Origin: Chrysomallon squamiferum
Taxonomy: Eukaryota; Animalia; Mollusca
DNA: 64,000 bases
Assembly (NCBI GenBank): GCA_012295275.1
Contig: CM022673.1
Span: 4,712,001 to 4,776,000 of the forward strand
Direction: 5' to 3'
Part shown: one piece after another, positions 1-12,794 of the stretch
Position numbering within the stretch: the stretch's first letter is position 1
Layout of the letters: every line of letters starts with the position of its first letter
Translations under genes and position numbers: made by a program
Notes under the pieces: model-generated
Told to the model about the DNA's origin: nothing
Database searches by the model: none
Seen by the model: only the letters and a program-made list of their open reading frames with translations

Positions 1-159
1 TTAAAATATGAATAATTATATTAAGATAAATTAATAAATAAATTAATAAATATAAGAAAGTAAGTTACCAAAAGAAATTAAAATATAAAAAATAAGAAAT
101 TAATGAAATGAATGAATAAATTTTAAATTAACAAATTAATAAATAAATTAAATACAATA

Positions 160-550
160 TTTGTAAACAGAGAGATAGATAGATAGGCAGTTAGGAAGGT
201 TGGTATATGGACAGATGGACAGATAGACAAACTAAGATAGGTAGATAGATAAACTTAGGTAGATTAAATAAACTGCTTAAATAGAAAGATAAATAAAGAC
301 AAACAGACCATTAGACAGACAGACAAATTGATACTAGAAAAATAGAAAGTTACACAGAGAGGCATACAGACAGATAAATAGATATAGACAGACAGACAGA
401 AAGACAGGAAGAGAGACAAAGCGAGAGATAGATCAAAGTCAGATGTAGAAAGATGGAGACAGATTCAGGCAGAGAGATAGATCAATTTATAGACAGACAG
501 ACAAGCAGATGGACAGACATTCAGACAAATAAACTATAAACCCACAGACT
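160..550. repeat. Degenerate GACA/GATA tetranucleotide low-complexity tract
   Basis: Interspersed gacagaca/gatagata units in an SLC23 intron; a similar tract lies at ~1130-1290. Confidence 0.75.
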
Positions 551-562
551 AAAAGAACTTAC

Positions 563-2801
563 TGGTTTGAATAGCATCTGAATGTGCTGATATCCAGGGA
601 GGAACAGCAAGACCAAGAAAGAGAGATGTGCCAATAATAAATAAATTTCTCATCGAGTTTAGATCTACATGTTGGAGGTTCGACAGGCCCACTGCAGTCA
701 CCATGCCTGAAAAGAAAATGTCTTAATGGTATTACATTAACTTTAAACTGTCTTTGTAATGTACACTAAACTAATCAAAATATGAATAAATGCATTAACC
801 CATCTTCAACAGATTGCAAGAAAATCTTCTAAAAGAATTTTAAAAAATAACAATAATAAAAATATTAATAATAAAAAAAAACTACTAGATAAAACATGCT
901 TCAATTCTTTGGAAAGAAAACATGCTTTAGAAATTTTAAAATATATATATATATATATATTTTTTGGAGGGAGAGAGAGAGAGAAAGAAAAAGACAGAAT
1001 TTTTAATTAATTGTAATTTTTGATAGATATTTACTTGTATATGAATATAAAAATATGCTTATTAGCTGCAAATTGCATCTATATATCTATTTAAAACCTA
1101 AAACCTTTGTTCATAAAACAAATGGATCGATAGACACAGATATACAAACAGACAGACATGCAAATAGATTGACAGATAGATAAATAGAAAGTTAGGTAGA
1201 GAGATTAGATAGACAGTAGATAAGCTGGCATGCACATAAGCAGAGAGAAAGACAGACAGACATATTGATATATATATATATATATATATACAAACCAAAC
1301 ATGACGAAAAACATCCCACCAACCACTGGATTAGGAATGGTTGCAAAAATGGCATTGAATTTGCCTAAGCAGCCAAGAATAATCATGATAACAGCTCCTG
1401 TTTGAATAACTGCTCGACTTGCTACCTGTTTGAAATGATTGACATAATGATTAACAGGATGATCATCATGATGATTGCAAATCGAAAAAGTTTCAAAAGC
1501 ATTTATTAAAATATTTATTATCTGTTGTTTTTTTTTCATTTATTTATGTGTATGTTAGTTTATAGATAGGCAGACAGATATATATACATATATATTTACA
1601 TACATGTACACATATGAATATATTTCAGTATACAGTGGTACCTCGACTGGTAATTCATTCCGTGACCGAGTTCATAACTCAATTTGCTTGTATATAAAAT
1701 TAGTTTTCCCACCTGAAATTAATTGAAATACCATTAATCCATTCCAGTCCCCAAAAAAACCATCACTATTTTTTTGTAACGTGTTTTTAAATAAGAAAAA
1801 AATGTGTTTATAAATAACAAATATTGTATAAAAACAAAATAAAAGAGAATGTAAAAAAATAAATTGGTTTTGTAAAGTGTAAAGGGTTAGGGTTTCTCCA
1901 TCTTTTCATGGACAAAGGTCTGAAGCTTAGAAATTATTTTTACGCCTTTGGCTGGAGTTATAGCCTTTATCGACTCCTTGTGCTTCAGTATGGTACATAT
2001 TGTAGAACTTCTAGGCTAGTTGACTACACGCACACCTCACTCAAGTTATTCTATGATTTCATTCTTTAATTCAATGGACATCATCCACTTCTTCTTCTCA
2101 GCACTGCCCTTTGCACTTGCTTTCTTAGAACCCATGGAAATTTAGCAAAATACTGCCCAAAATGTGAGCACAACACACCGGAGATGCCTCCATGGCAATG
2201 TAACCATGTGATGTAAATGATAAGATGCTGGGCGGGTGTTGTGTTGATCACTGCAGCCTCTAGCGGCTGTGTATCTGAAACACGCTCGTAACTCAGATTT
2301 TGGCTCACAACTCAAAGCCAAAAACTGACTGCTTGTAACTCAGAAAACTCGTAATTTGGGGCACTCGTAAGTTGAGGTACCATTGTATACGTAAATTTAT
2401 ATAAATGTATATCTTCATTTACATTTGGATTTTTTTTAAAGCAATTTATAGTACATAAATAACAGTTTCAGATTATTTATCCGTAATTAAAAAAGTATGG
2501 TAATTAAATTTGATAACGTAATTTAACCATACTTTGGTGATTCCAATGGCAGCAATATTTTCACTGTATGAAGTATTTCCTCCACCTGCACCCCAGGCAC
2601 CAGCCAGCATGCATGTTATTCCTTCTACACCAATTCCTGTTTTACCACAGATAATTAAATAATAGAAATAAATAATTATAACAGGACCAACAAGAATAAT
2701 ATATTAATAATGGTAACAACAAAAACAACAGTAACATCAGTAATAAAAATATTAATAATATATTTATAACGCTAATGATTTTGAAAATAAAACAATTTAC
2801 A

Positions 2802-2843
<42 letters not shown>

Positions 2844-3568
2844 GCAATAAAAACAATAATGATAAAATAATATAACAGTAACAACAATGGTAATAATTAT
2901 GATAATAAAATGATAATCATCATGGTAATGTTAATAGTGAAAAGATGAAGAAGAAGAACTATCAGAACACCAAAAAAAAGTCAGTATGCTTACGATACAA
3001 ATAGGTAAAAAAATAATTATACAAATAAAGATAATTTAACTAATCACTAGCTAGTTAACCACAAATAAACAACAGCAAAAACATTAACAATACACTAAAA
3101 ATAACAACAACAATAAGAAAAAGAAAAGAACATAAACAACATAAAAAATTGAAGCATAACAATCAATAACAGTCCAAAAATGTTTTAAAAATATTGACAA
3201 ACAGAATCATTTACTTAACAAAATTAATGTATCTTGATTAATTCTTGTTATATAAGAATGTTTAAATTTTACCACGACTGACGGCACTACCAGGGGGTGG
3301 TGGTGCTCCAGAGAGATAGGCACATGCATAGTAGTCACCCACCGATTCTATCATGGAGGCAACCACAGCAGCCAGCAGACCAAACACACCAGCAACACTC
3401 ACTGTAGGCATTCCCCATTGTCCTGGAATATTTAAATAAATAAATAAATAAATGTAATGCAATATAATAAAAAAAAGTAATAATAATAATAAAAATATAT
3501 GTAATAAATGAATAATTTAAAAAAAAAAAAAAAAAAAATTAAAATTAAACATTAAGAAATAAAAATAA

Positions 3569-3610
<42 letters not shown>

Positions 3611-4252
3611 GAATAACTGAATATTGTATATGTTGTGATTCTTTAGATATAAACATTAATTTTTTTTTACTCGAATGAAATACATATTTTAGCTTATTTC
3701 TTACAAATCAGTTAATTACTATTGAGTAAAAACTGAAAACTACAGTGGCTAAAAATTGAATTTTGTAAATTAAAATGAGAAACAAAATTCTGATGACCAC
3801 ACACACACACTACTTTAAAGATAACCTTTTACTCTACCTGGGTAAGGAAACCTAAACCAGTTTGCTTTGTACAAAACATCATTTCTGATGTCTGTTCTTG
3901 CTGAATATCCCCATTGTTTAGAATCATTTGGAAAAACTCCACCAGCAGTTAGAGCTACACATATTAGCCAGGCTGTAGCAATGGCCATCAAAATCTAAAG
4001 AAAAAAAAAAAGAGATTTAGAAAAAAAGTATGGGAAAATTGTGTGTATTTCTGTTGTTTAATATGCAAAAAAATATGTTAAAAAAATTTAAAATGAATTA
4101 TGTAGATAAAATGAATGTACACTTAAAACCAACAAAAATCTTCATAATATTTAAGTTTTATTTCATTGGATATAAAGTATAAAACTAACTGTACAAAAAA
4201 CCCTCAAAATTGTGACCATTAAAATGATTTTGTAAATAAATTGTATGGTCAT

Positions 4253-4297
<45 letters not shown>

Positions 4298-5199
4298 TTT
4301 GAACTTCACAAAATGTCAAATGTATTTATTTTTTCTATTTTGTTAAATTTAATGTTTATTTTATTTTATTATTATTATTTATTTTAATTTTTTTTTTTTT
4401 TTTATTATTATTTTTTTTTTTTTGTGATTCATGTAAGGGTAAAATGTTGGCATTCAAAAATTTTTTAACAATATTATTTTATTATCAATATTTGCTATAA
4501 ACAGCGATAGTTAACTCAAACCAAGTAAAATAAAAGATTATAAAAATAATTTTAGACCATTCATTCATGCCACCAAGGTGCTTGTTAAATGTAAATAGGA
4601 ACCACTTACTGGAAAGAGATTAAATAAAGGCAGTTTGGCTTTTCTACACCCTGTTCCTCTGATGTAAAAACAACAAGGCAGTCTAACATTTCTCAGGTAC
4701 TGAGAAAATATTACAATTAGAGCAAAAGTTCTGCAATAAAAAAATAAAATAACAAATCATTAATTTCTTTTCTTTAATTTGTTAACTAATAATAACAGTA
4801 ATAATTATAACTGTTACTGTTTCCACTGTTACTACTATTACTATTGATATATTAATAATAACAAGAACGTATTAAAATAGTTAAATAGTTAAACGAAAGA
4901 ATATCTTTATGAAACTATATATTAATTAATTTATAATAATAATGATGATGATGATGATAAAAATATTCAAATTCATAAAACGTACGTCAGCGCAATCCAC
5001 CAATGTTCGCCAGCTTTATCGGCTGCGGGTCCAAACAACGACAGACCAATGAGAGCGATTGTTGGAGCTATTGTGATTGGACCAATAAACCTCAATAACA
5101 ATCCCATGATTCCGCTGAATCCAATCACAACTTGAACTAAAGAGACTATAAGTAATGCCCCTGAGACCTGAAAATAAATAAATAATAATAAATATAACT

Positions 5200-5245
<46 letters not shown>

Positions 5246-8024
5246 TACCTTTGTGAGGCAAAAAGATTTAATGTAAATATCTGCATACATCCAAATTGCT
5301 ATTTTGGGGGTTTTTGTGATCCAGTCTTAATTAGTAACAAGAGCACATGCAGTTTAACTTTTATTTTTTTTTTTTTAAAACTGATTTTAAATAACTTTTG
5401 TTCTAAAATGTTTTTAAAATTTTAAGAAAAATGAAGCTGTCCCCACGTACGTCATGACGCCACTACACCATTCGTGATGAGCAAAAAATGGCGGCGAGTA
5501 TTCTGACGATCAAATAGATTTTAAAAGTTTTGTATCGTTCATCTTAGCCTACCTCTGCAATTCGCGCTTGCCACATCGATTTATGTTCAGTACTTCCGAT
5601 TTCAGGCAAAGTTTGATTATCTAAATGAAAAAGAATGATTTATGATAAATAAATGCTAAAGGTGTATTAACTATGACAGTTCTAGTGAATAGGAATATCG
5701 AAAAAGAAAAGAAAACAAAAGAATAAGAGACGGAGGGTTCATTCATTTAACGATGGCATATACCGGTATAGAATGGATATATACGTAGGAACATGTGTGC
5801 CTACATGTGCGTGAGTGTATGTCTGTAGATATGTGTGTAAGGGTATGAATGTACATCTGTTTAGTGTAAACTATTTTATCACTAGAATACGAAACAGAAA
5901 ATGCTGTTGTAAATTTGACTTACGTTAAAGAACACTAAAGACAAGATTAACTGTATTATTAATTATCATTGTTGTTATTCTTATTGTTATTGTTACTATT
6001 ACTAATTTACATGACGGATCATTGTAAGGACAACGCCATTGTTTTGATGCCATCAGCGCTATGATTGGTGGTATGAAGGAGTAACTACAGCTCTGAACGA
6101 TTGGCAGTCTGAAACATACAGAGACGTATTAAACAAACAAATACATGGATATATGATTTAAGTATTTCTTTCAGGTTTAACTGCAATGAGAAAAATAACA
6201 TTATCACTAGAAATTTCTCCATATTCTTCAGAATATATTTTGGTGTCATATTATCTACAGATATTTGTAATTACTTACATTTACATCTACTGAAAATTAT
6301 TCTCCTCATTCGTTTATTTTTTTTTTTTTTTTTTTAAATGTGACTTTCGATAACATAAGCCATTATTTGTATCACTAAACTTACAATATTTTTAGAGCGC
6401 TGTAACATACCAACATAAAATGTTTTTAGCTTGAATCTTGAAATATTTTGCTCAGTTAAACTTTACGCAATATAGGACAATTTAAAAAAAAAAAAAAAAG
6501 ATTATTATTAACCCTAAAAAAACCTGTTATTCATATATAAACTGAGTTTTTATGAGTATGTATATAACAATAAAAATTTGCTTATAACATGTCCACGCCT
6601 TTATCACCCTTTAACAGTTTAATAACAATTTTTAAACAATAATAATAATAATGTTCATGAAGATGATGATAATGATGATAATGTCAATAGTATCAAAATT
6701 ATTAATATAATAACGATTTCTTTTCTTTTTGGTCTTGTAAAACAATTTAATTTTTTAAATTAATGTTACCATTTAAAGTCCTTGACGACCTTGACCCACC
6801 TGACACCAACTGTCGTTTGAACCAAGGTTGATAAACCACCCACAAATATGACGGTTCCAATGAGTTCGCTCTGCCCCACCATGTCTGTCACACCATTTTT
6901 GTCAGACATACAGAAATGCGACTGCATCAGCAGAGGATACGAGAAAGTAGCTCCGAAAGCCGTCAAGAATTGCTGTAAAATATATACAGACGTACAGACA
7001 GACAAAACAGACAAGACAGGCAGACACACACTGACAGATGCATACATATATAAATATATATACATACATACACACACAGTTACATATAGAGACACATATA
7101 CGTGTATGTATATGTCTGTGCGTGTTATTTTAGTTCTCGTATAAATGTCTTGTTTCTACTTGCAATCGTTGACGAATACGTTAAAAACAAGAAGTCACCA
7201 TACACACGCGCACATACGAACACGCAGACACAGACACATACATGCACACACAAACTGTACTGATTAATACTGAAAACAACTAAAATTAATAATACTGCAC
7301 AAGTTATTAATTTCATTAATTAATTAAATAAATTAACAATAATTTACATATGTATTATTAACGTATATTCGTTGAAGACAAAAATAGTTATTATTAACTT
7401 TTGAAATAAAAGTTAAAATGTAATAGCACAATGTTTTATTAAATGTTTATTATTATTACTATTATTTCTTTTTTACGTTAAATAATATTTCAGTGTTATA
7501 TGATTAATTAAACACTCGTATTTAGAAGTTAAATAAAAAAATTCGTACAAAAAGTTAAATAATGTTAAATTGTTAAAATTTAATGAAAAACTTCGAAATT
7601 TAAATATTTTTAAAATGGTAAGAATTTATTGAAAAATTCATCGTTAGAAGATTAGATAATGTCAAAAAATGAAGTGTTAATACAAAATTATAAAACAGTA
7701 TTTAGTGAAGCATCCGTAGTCAGAAGATCAAATAATATCAAAAAAGTTAATTGTTCATTGAAGTTATCGTTCTTTGAAGATTAAAAATTGTTCAGATGTT
7801 AAGTAACTGTTGAAACACTCGTATTCTTCTTCTTCTCCTTCTTTGTCTATTTCTTCTACGAACTCTAAGATAGAAACACTAACATTAAAAAATACAAATA
7901 CCTGAAATCCAAGAAGAATGCAGAGGTACCACGGAGGACACTCTTGAACCGTGTACAAAATATCTCTCTTTCTTCCAGTTCGTTCTGGTATATTTTCATT
8001 CATTTCTGTGTTAGGCTCTTCCAT
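563..8024 (-). CDS. Solute carrier family 23 (nucleobase-ascorbate transporter, NAT/NCS2; SLC23A1/A2-like), 3'-partial
   Basis: Eleven phase-consistent GT-AG exons: 8024-7902, 6972-6800, 6108-6011, 5620-5553, 5167-4986, 4730-4610, 3994-3838, 3422-3273, 2636-2533, 1425-1296, 706-563 (1450 nt). The translation has SLC23 hallmarks: [72 protein letters not shown] signature [38 protein letters not shown]. The gene continues past position 1. The paralog cannot be assigned, so no symbol is given. Confidence 0.95.
1633..2385 (-). mobile_element. Internally deleted Tigger (Tc1/mariner-pogo) DNA transposon with transposase N-terminal remnant
   Basis: TA-flanked TIRs: TA|CAGTGGTACCTCGACT ... AGTTGAGGTACCATTG|TA (TA at 1631-1632 and 2386-2387). 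The minus strand from 2135 reads [78 protein letters not shown], a stop-disrupted CENP-B/TIGD-type HTH domain. Confidence 0.88.
6255..6490 (+). repeat. Dispersed direct repeat, copy 1 (copy 2 at ~10442-10690)
   Basis: Shared blocks aatgtgactttcgataa.ataagccattattt.gtatca.taaactta.aatattt, aatcttgaaa.attt.g.tcagttaaactt.a.gcaat. Confidence 0.85.
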
Positions 8025-9614
8025 TTTGTGTTTTAATTACAACTAAATCAAAGAAACAAACACACGCAAAATAAATAAATAAATAAATAAACAAGTAAAC
8101 AAATAATTAAATAAATAATTAATGCTTTTCCAATTCTGAAAGGTCAGCAAACACAAACCACAGTACTGTGATTCAGTACTGCTTATGCGATAATTATGAA
8201 TAAAAACAAGGGGAAATGAACATGACATAAACCATGATATATACACATATATAGACACATACATATTTACACATACACTTATATTCAGTCATACATACTT
8301 ACATATATCCACGAAGACGGTATTGATCGAATATACAACCTTCAAACAATATTTTAAGCATTTTTATATATTAATCCGCATTATAATATCTACATCCATA
8401 ATTAAATAAGGGCTTACTGTATCGCAATATATCAAAACATGTGGCATCTCTAAAAATAAAATGTAACCAACAACAATAAAACCATTAAAAAAAACCCCAC
8501 CAAAAACAACAGAAAAACAAACAAAAAAAAAAAAAAAAATTAATTAAAAAAAAAAATTTAAATTAACATAGTATCCTATTCAAAACTGCAAACATTTAAC
8601 GTTATGCTTGAAGTGATATTTGATTTTATTCTCAGAATATATTATTATTATTTATAAATAATACACATAAACGTACATGCACCGTTATTTACGTCAAGAA
8701 TGCACCACACACCTGTAATTACCGCTGACAGCTGATTTAAGCGAAATTTCTGCCAAAACACAAATCGTGAAATACTGTTTTGCAAAATAAGGTCAACATT
8801 TAACACACTCTGTTATAAAGTACTACTCACCCACTGAGAATGACCCACTGTATCCCGAATTACTCATTTACGAAGCAAACAGGTAAAACTAGGTGGTATT
8901 TGACCTTGATATTCCGTCTGCTTAAACGACTACTAAGGTCATTTTTTTTTTTTTTTCCCCTCACTTATCCTTTCATTTGTTTACGGAAGGCAAAATAAAT
9001 TATGATTTATCATTTGATATATTTCAAATATATTTCATCTGAAGGATTTCGGTCATGTTAAATCACAAGTTTTTTGTCACAGTAATAAACAAATGATATT
9101 TTGAAACCATCAAATCATTGTCGGTAATATCCATTGATAGACTTATTCATGTAAAAAATGTATTTGTATTATAACTATAACTTATGAAATAAATGAAATT
9201 TTGAAAACACCTGTTCTTGATTTAGAATATTAGCTTATATGTACACACTGTTAATAAATATGAATTAGTTATCTGTGTACGAAAAAGGATAGAACTAAAG
9301 TGATTCTATAAAATGTTCTCTGTATTTTTCAAAAGTAACATACCTTTGTCAAAGCAGCTCAGCCGGTTCAAAACAGCCTTAAATTTGACCTCGTTATTCA
9401 CGAACTGTGCTCCCATGCCATAAAAGTACATGATTTTTACTTATTTACTGATTTCTAAATTTGTAACGCAATTTTATAAGAATGCAGGGATGACTGTCTG
9501 ACCAATATATGTTTTAGTTCATATATATAGAAATTTTTGTGAAAAATAGTAAAAGTACTAGTCACATTGCTTTTTTTTTGTATTTTTTTTTTTTTTTTTT
9601 TAAATCACTCCTCT

Positions 9615-9970
9615 CCGTTTAACGCATAGTTATTATATATTTGGATAGGAAGTCCACTGTCGCCATTTCATATATACATTACTCGTATATTTCAGCTGAA
9701 AAGGATCTTTTATAGGATCTATTATTATAAGACACTATATTTATTGTTAAAGTCGACAGAGATAACGAAAGAAATACACTGCTATTAAACAATGAGTACC
9801 TTTTAAATTAGTTGTTAGGGATTAATTATATCTGTCTTGTCACAGTACCTGTATATAAATCAGTTGTGCAGCACTGCCTGGAACGAGAAATAGCCTTAAC
9901 AGGTGCCCCCCCACACACACACACCCCGACGGAGACCCGTCACTTCATAGGTGTGTTTTAACCTGTGCTT
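9615..9970 (-). mobile_element. Degenerate tRNA-derived SINE-like fragments
   Basis: Blocks ccactgtcgccatttcat, aaggatcttttata, cagttgtgcagcactgcctggaacgagaaatagcc resemble (from memory) the reverse complement of a common molluscan SINE. Related fragments occur at ~45480-45560, 55669-55770 and 56525-56620. Confidence 0.5.
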
Positions 9971-10441
9971 GAACAACTCTCTCCAGGAAATAACATATAT
10001 CGAACCTTGGACAAGTCCGTAATGGGTACTGACTGGAATGGGAAATAGCCCTGTGGAAAGTGCCAAAGCAGCGATATTATGACAACTGAGTCACAAATGG
10101 TTCATGCAAAGGTTAATTTCAAAGTATTATTAAGTTTTAAAGGTCAGTTGATCTAGAGTATAATGTCAGCTTATGTCGGTGTACAAACGTTTTGACAAGG
10201 CTAATGTCCAATTCATTTTGGTGTAATTTCCAACAACTTATAATAAGCTTTCATGACAGCAGTACTCTATAGTTAAATTGGTTGATAGGGTTTGCCTTGA
10301 ACAAAAATTTAAAAAAAAGAACACACACAAAAAAAAAAAAAAAGGATCAAAGACAGCAAACCTAACAGACATGCATATACTGGATGTCAGAACGATTGAT
10401 ATGTTTCCTTATTCTCCAACAAGTTTTCGTGAAGCAATAAA

Positions 10442-10690
10442 CAGACATCTGTAATTACCAACATTTATATTAAGTATATTACAGAAAACGTATCCTGCTC
10501 ATTTGTTGTTGTTTTTTTAATGTGACTTTCGATAATATAAGCCATTATTTGTATCATTAAACTTAAAATATTTGTAAAATTCTGTAGAATTCCAAAATAA
10601 AATACGTTTTAGCTAGTTGAAATGCAAATCTTGAAACATTTGATCAGTTAAACTTCATGCAATGAAGAATAATTTAGAAAAATATATAAA
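10442..10690 (+). repeat. Dispersed direct repeat, copy 2 (copy 1 at ~6255-6490)
   Basis: Aligns by eye with the SLC23 intron 2 segment, with substitutions and small indels. Confidence 0.85.
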
Positions 10691-11496
10691 ATATTATTAT
10701 TCATGTATAGAGACTGTAAATTCCCTAATTACTTTAATTCACTACACTGCTCATAATCATGTTCATTCAGTCATCTAGAATTATGGTAGAATGGTGTGAT
10801 GAACTTTTTAATGTAGTATTTTACCAAGTACATTTGCATAAACTGTACAGCAAATTTATCATCACTGGCGTAATAGAATTCATCTAATTTTTAATAAACT
10901 TCAGCTAAGTATGAAATGTACCATTCTTTGCATATTAAACATGTTTTATACCAGTTTCTAAATGCACTTAAATGCAGAGTCATAATTAGCTACTTGATTA
11001 TGGCCAGTATTTAACAATTTCAGAATGCGTAGGACTTTCAACATCGATGGTCTGTGAGTACTAGTCAAGCAGTTACACACAATAGTCAGCTCGGGTGACG
11101 TCTGGAATGAAACAATAACGTCTTGGATGGTTTGTGGTATTTTCCAGAACGTCACTTCGACTGGCGAGAAGGCGAAGCGAGGGATTAACTCACTGAGGAA
11201 GAAGAGAAGGCAAACCACGTCAGTAATAATCAGAGCTGTGTGAGTATGTGGACCTGAGTCGTTGACACTTTTCATGGTGAACACGTATGTAACATTAACA
11301 GAAATATATTTAAAACTATCAAATCATACACATAAACACACACATATGCACATACACATACAATATATGTATTAGTTCATTTATTCATCCATACATTCGT
11401 TAATCAGTAAATTCATTCGTTTATTCATTTCTCTCCATTATTTGTGCTATACCAGATATTTGCTATTAAATAGAATCTAGCCACGTTAATGTGATA

Positions 11497-11560
11497 TACT
11501 GTTGACCCTCGATTTCGCGGACCTCAGTTTCCAGATTTCGGGAAATCCTGACCAGGTCTT
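11497..11560 (+). mobile_element. Possible solitary Tigger-like terminal inverted repeat
   Basis: TA|CTGTTGACCCTCGATTTCGCGGACCTC resembles Tigger/pogo ends (CAGT..ACCCTCG); no matching right end found. Confidence 0.3.
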
Positions 11561-12759
11561 ATAAAAATCTCAAAATTTGAACTTACTGTCGTTTCCCACT
11601 AGAAACCTCCTCACCTCTTGGTACGATTAAGTTATTCCGAGTTCCACTATACGGTCACGACAACCTTCTTCCATCCGACTTTCTGTCAAGGTAAGTATAA
11701 AGTTTTGCAGTTGCACCCATAACTATCCTACATTAATACACTTCACCCAACCCAGTCTACATTTTTCTACTTTTTATATTTTTCGTTACATGTACTGTAT
11801 GACATTTATCTACATAGTTTTGTGGTTAATGTTTACACCCCAGGCTTTTGCATTTCCTCGATTGTTAGACTGAGAAACTGAGTCAACTGCATTATAAATT
11901 ACCTGATCATGAATACTACACATAATTCTCATCTTTGCATCTGCTGGGCTGCACTTTGATTCTGGCGTATGATGGATATTACAAATATAGAAGAAAAACA
12001 TACATATTAGATATGTGACAAAATTTTCAAAATTTTTATTTTCCTAAAACATAATATATCCTTAGAAAGCGAGTTTGTAGAAAGAATTGTCACCAAAGTA
12101 AGTTTCTTGTAAGAGTTTTTACAAATGGACCGGAAAAAGGGAATTTTTGAAGACCGAAGCTTTGCAGACAATTCTGTACTCTGGCGACCGCCCAACAAGG
12201 ATCGCGGAGAAATCTCGCAAGATCGAAATGGGTTATTTGTACATCCTACTTTTAGTTTTGTAGACCGAAATCTTGTGGTGTTTGCTTAGCAGTTTAATAC
12301 TTGTCATAGTGACCCGCGGTATAGATAATATTTTCAAAGTATAAGAATGAAGACTTTTTTTTTATTCTTTTTTTTTAATGTTTTCTGTCATTTACTTATT
12401 CTGATTTGATTTGGGTTTTTTTTTTTTTTTTTTTTTTTTAAATTGACAATGAATTCTCAGTCTTAATAATATTTAATTAGGTAACATCTTGGTAGCTTTT
12501 GTATGGTATTTTTATAACTATTTTATAAAGGGTAATAGGTATTTTTACTTGATATATATATTTTAATGTTTGCTACAGAGTTTAATAATAATATTTTTTC
12601 TTTATGAAGAGAGATACTTCAGAAATTGCTAATCATTTCTTTTTCTTTTTTTGTTGAGTAAATAATATTTTGGAAGTTTTTTAGGTTTTTTTAATGAAAA
12701 CTAAAATTCTTCCTCCTATTTTTGTTCAGAATTATTTTCTTTTTTAATGCATGAAGACA

Positions 12760-12794
<35 letters not shown>

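Noticed and set aside
1884-1894. Telomere-like GGGTTAGGGTT at the deletion junction of the Tigger element
   Set aside because: Under two repeat units; expected by chance.
5471-5509. C/D box snoRNA-like motif (TCGTGATGA ... CTGACGA)
   Set aside because: Only about 33 nt from box C to box D, too short for a snoRNA, and antisense to the host intron.
10958-11284. 108-aa minus-strand ORF in a GC-richer patch
   Set aside because: Non-ATG start, no recognisable domain and no exon partners. It may be retroelement debris, but I cannot support that.
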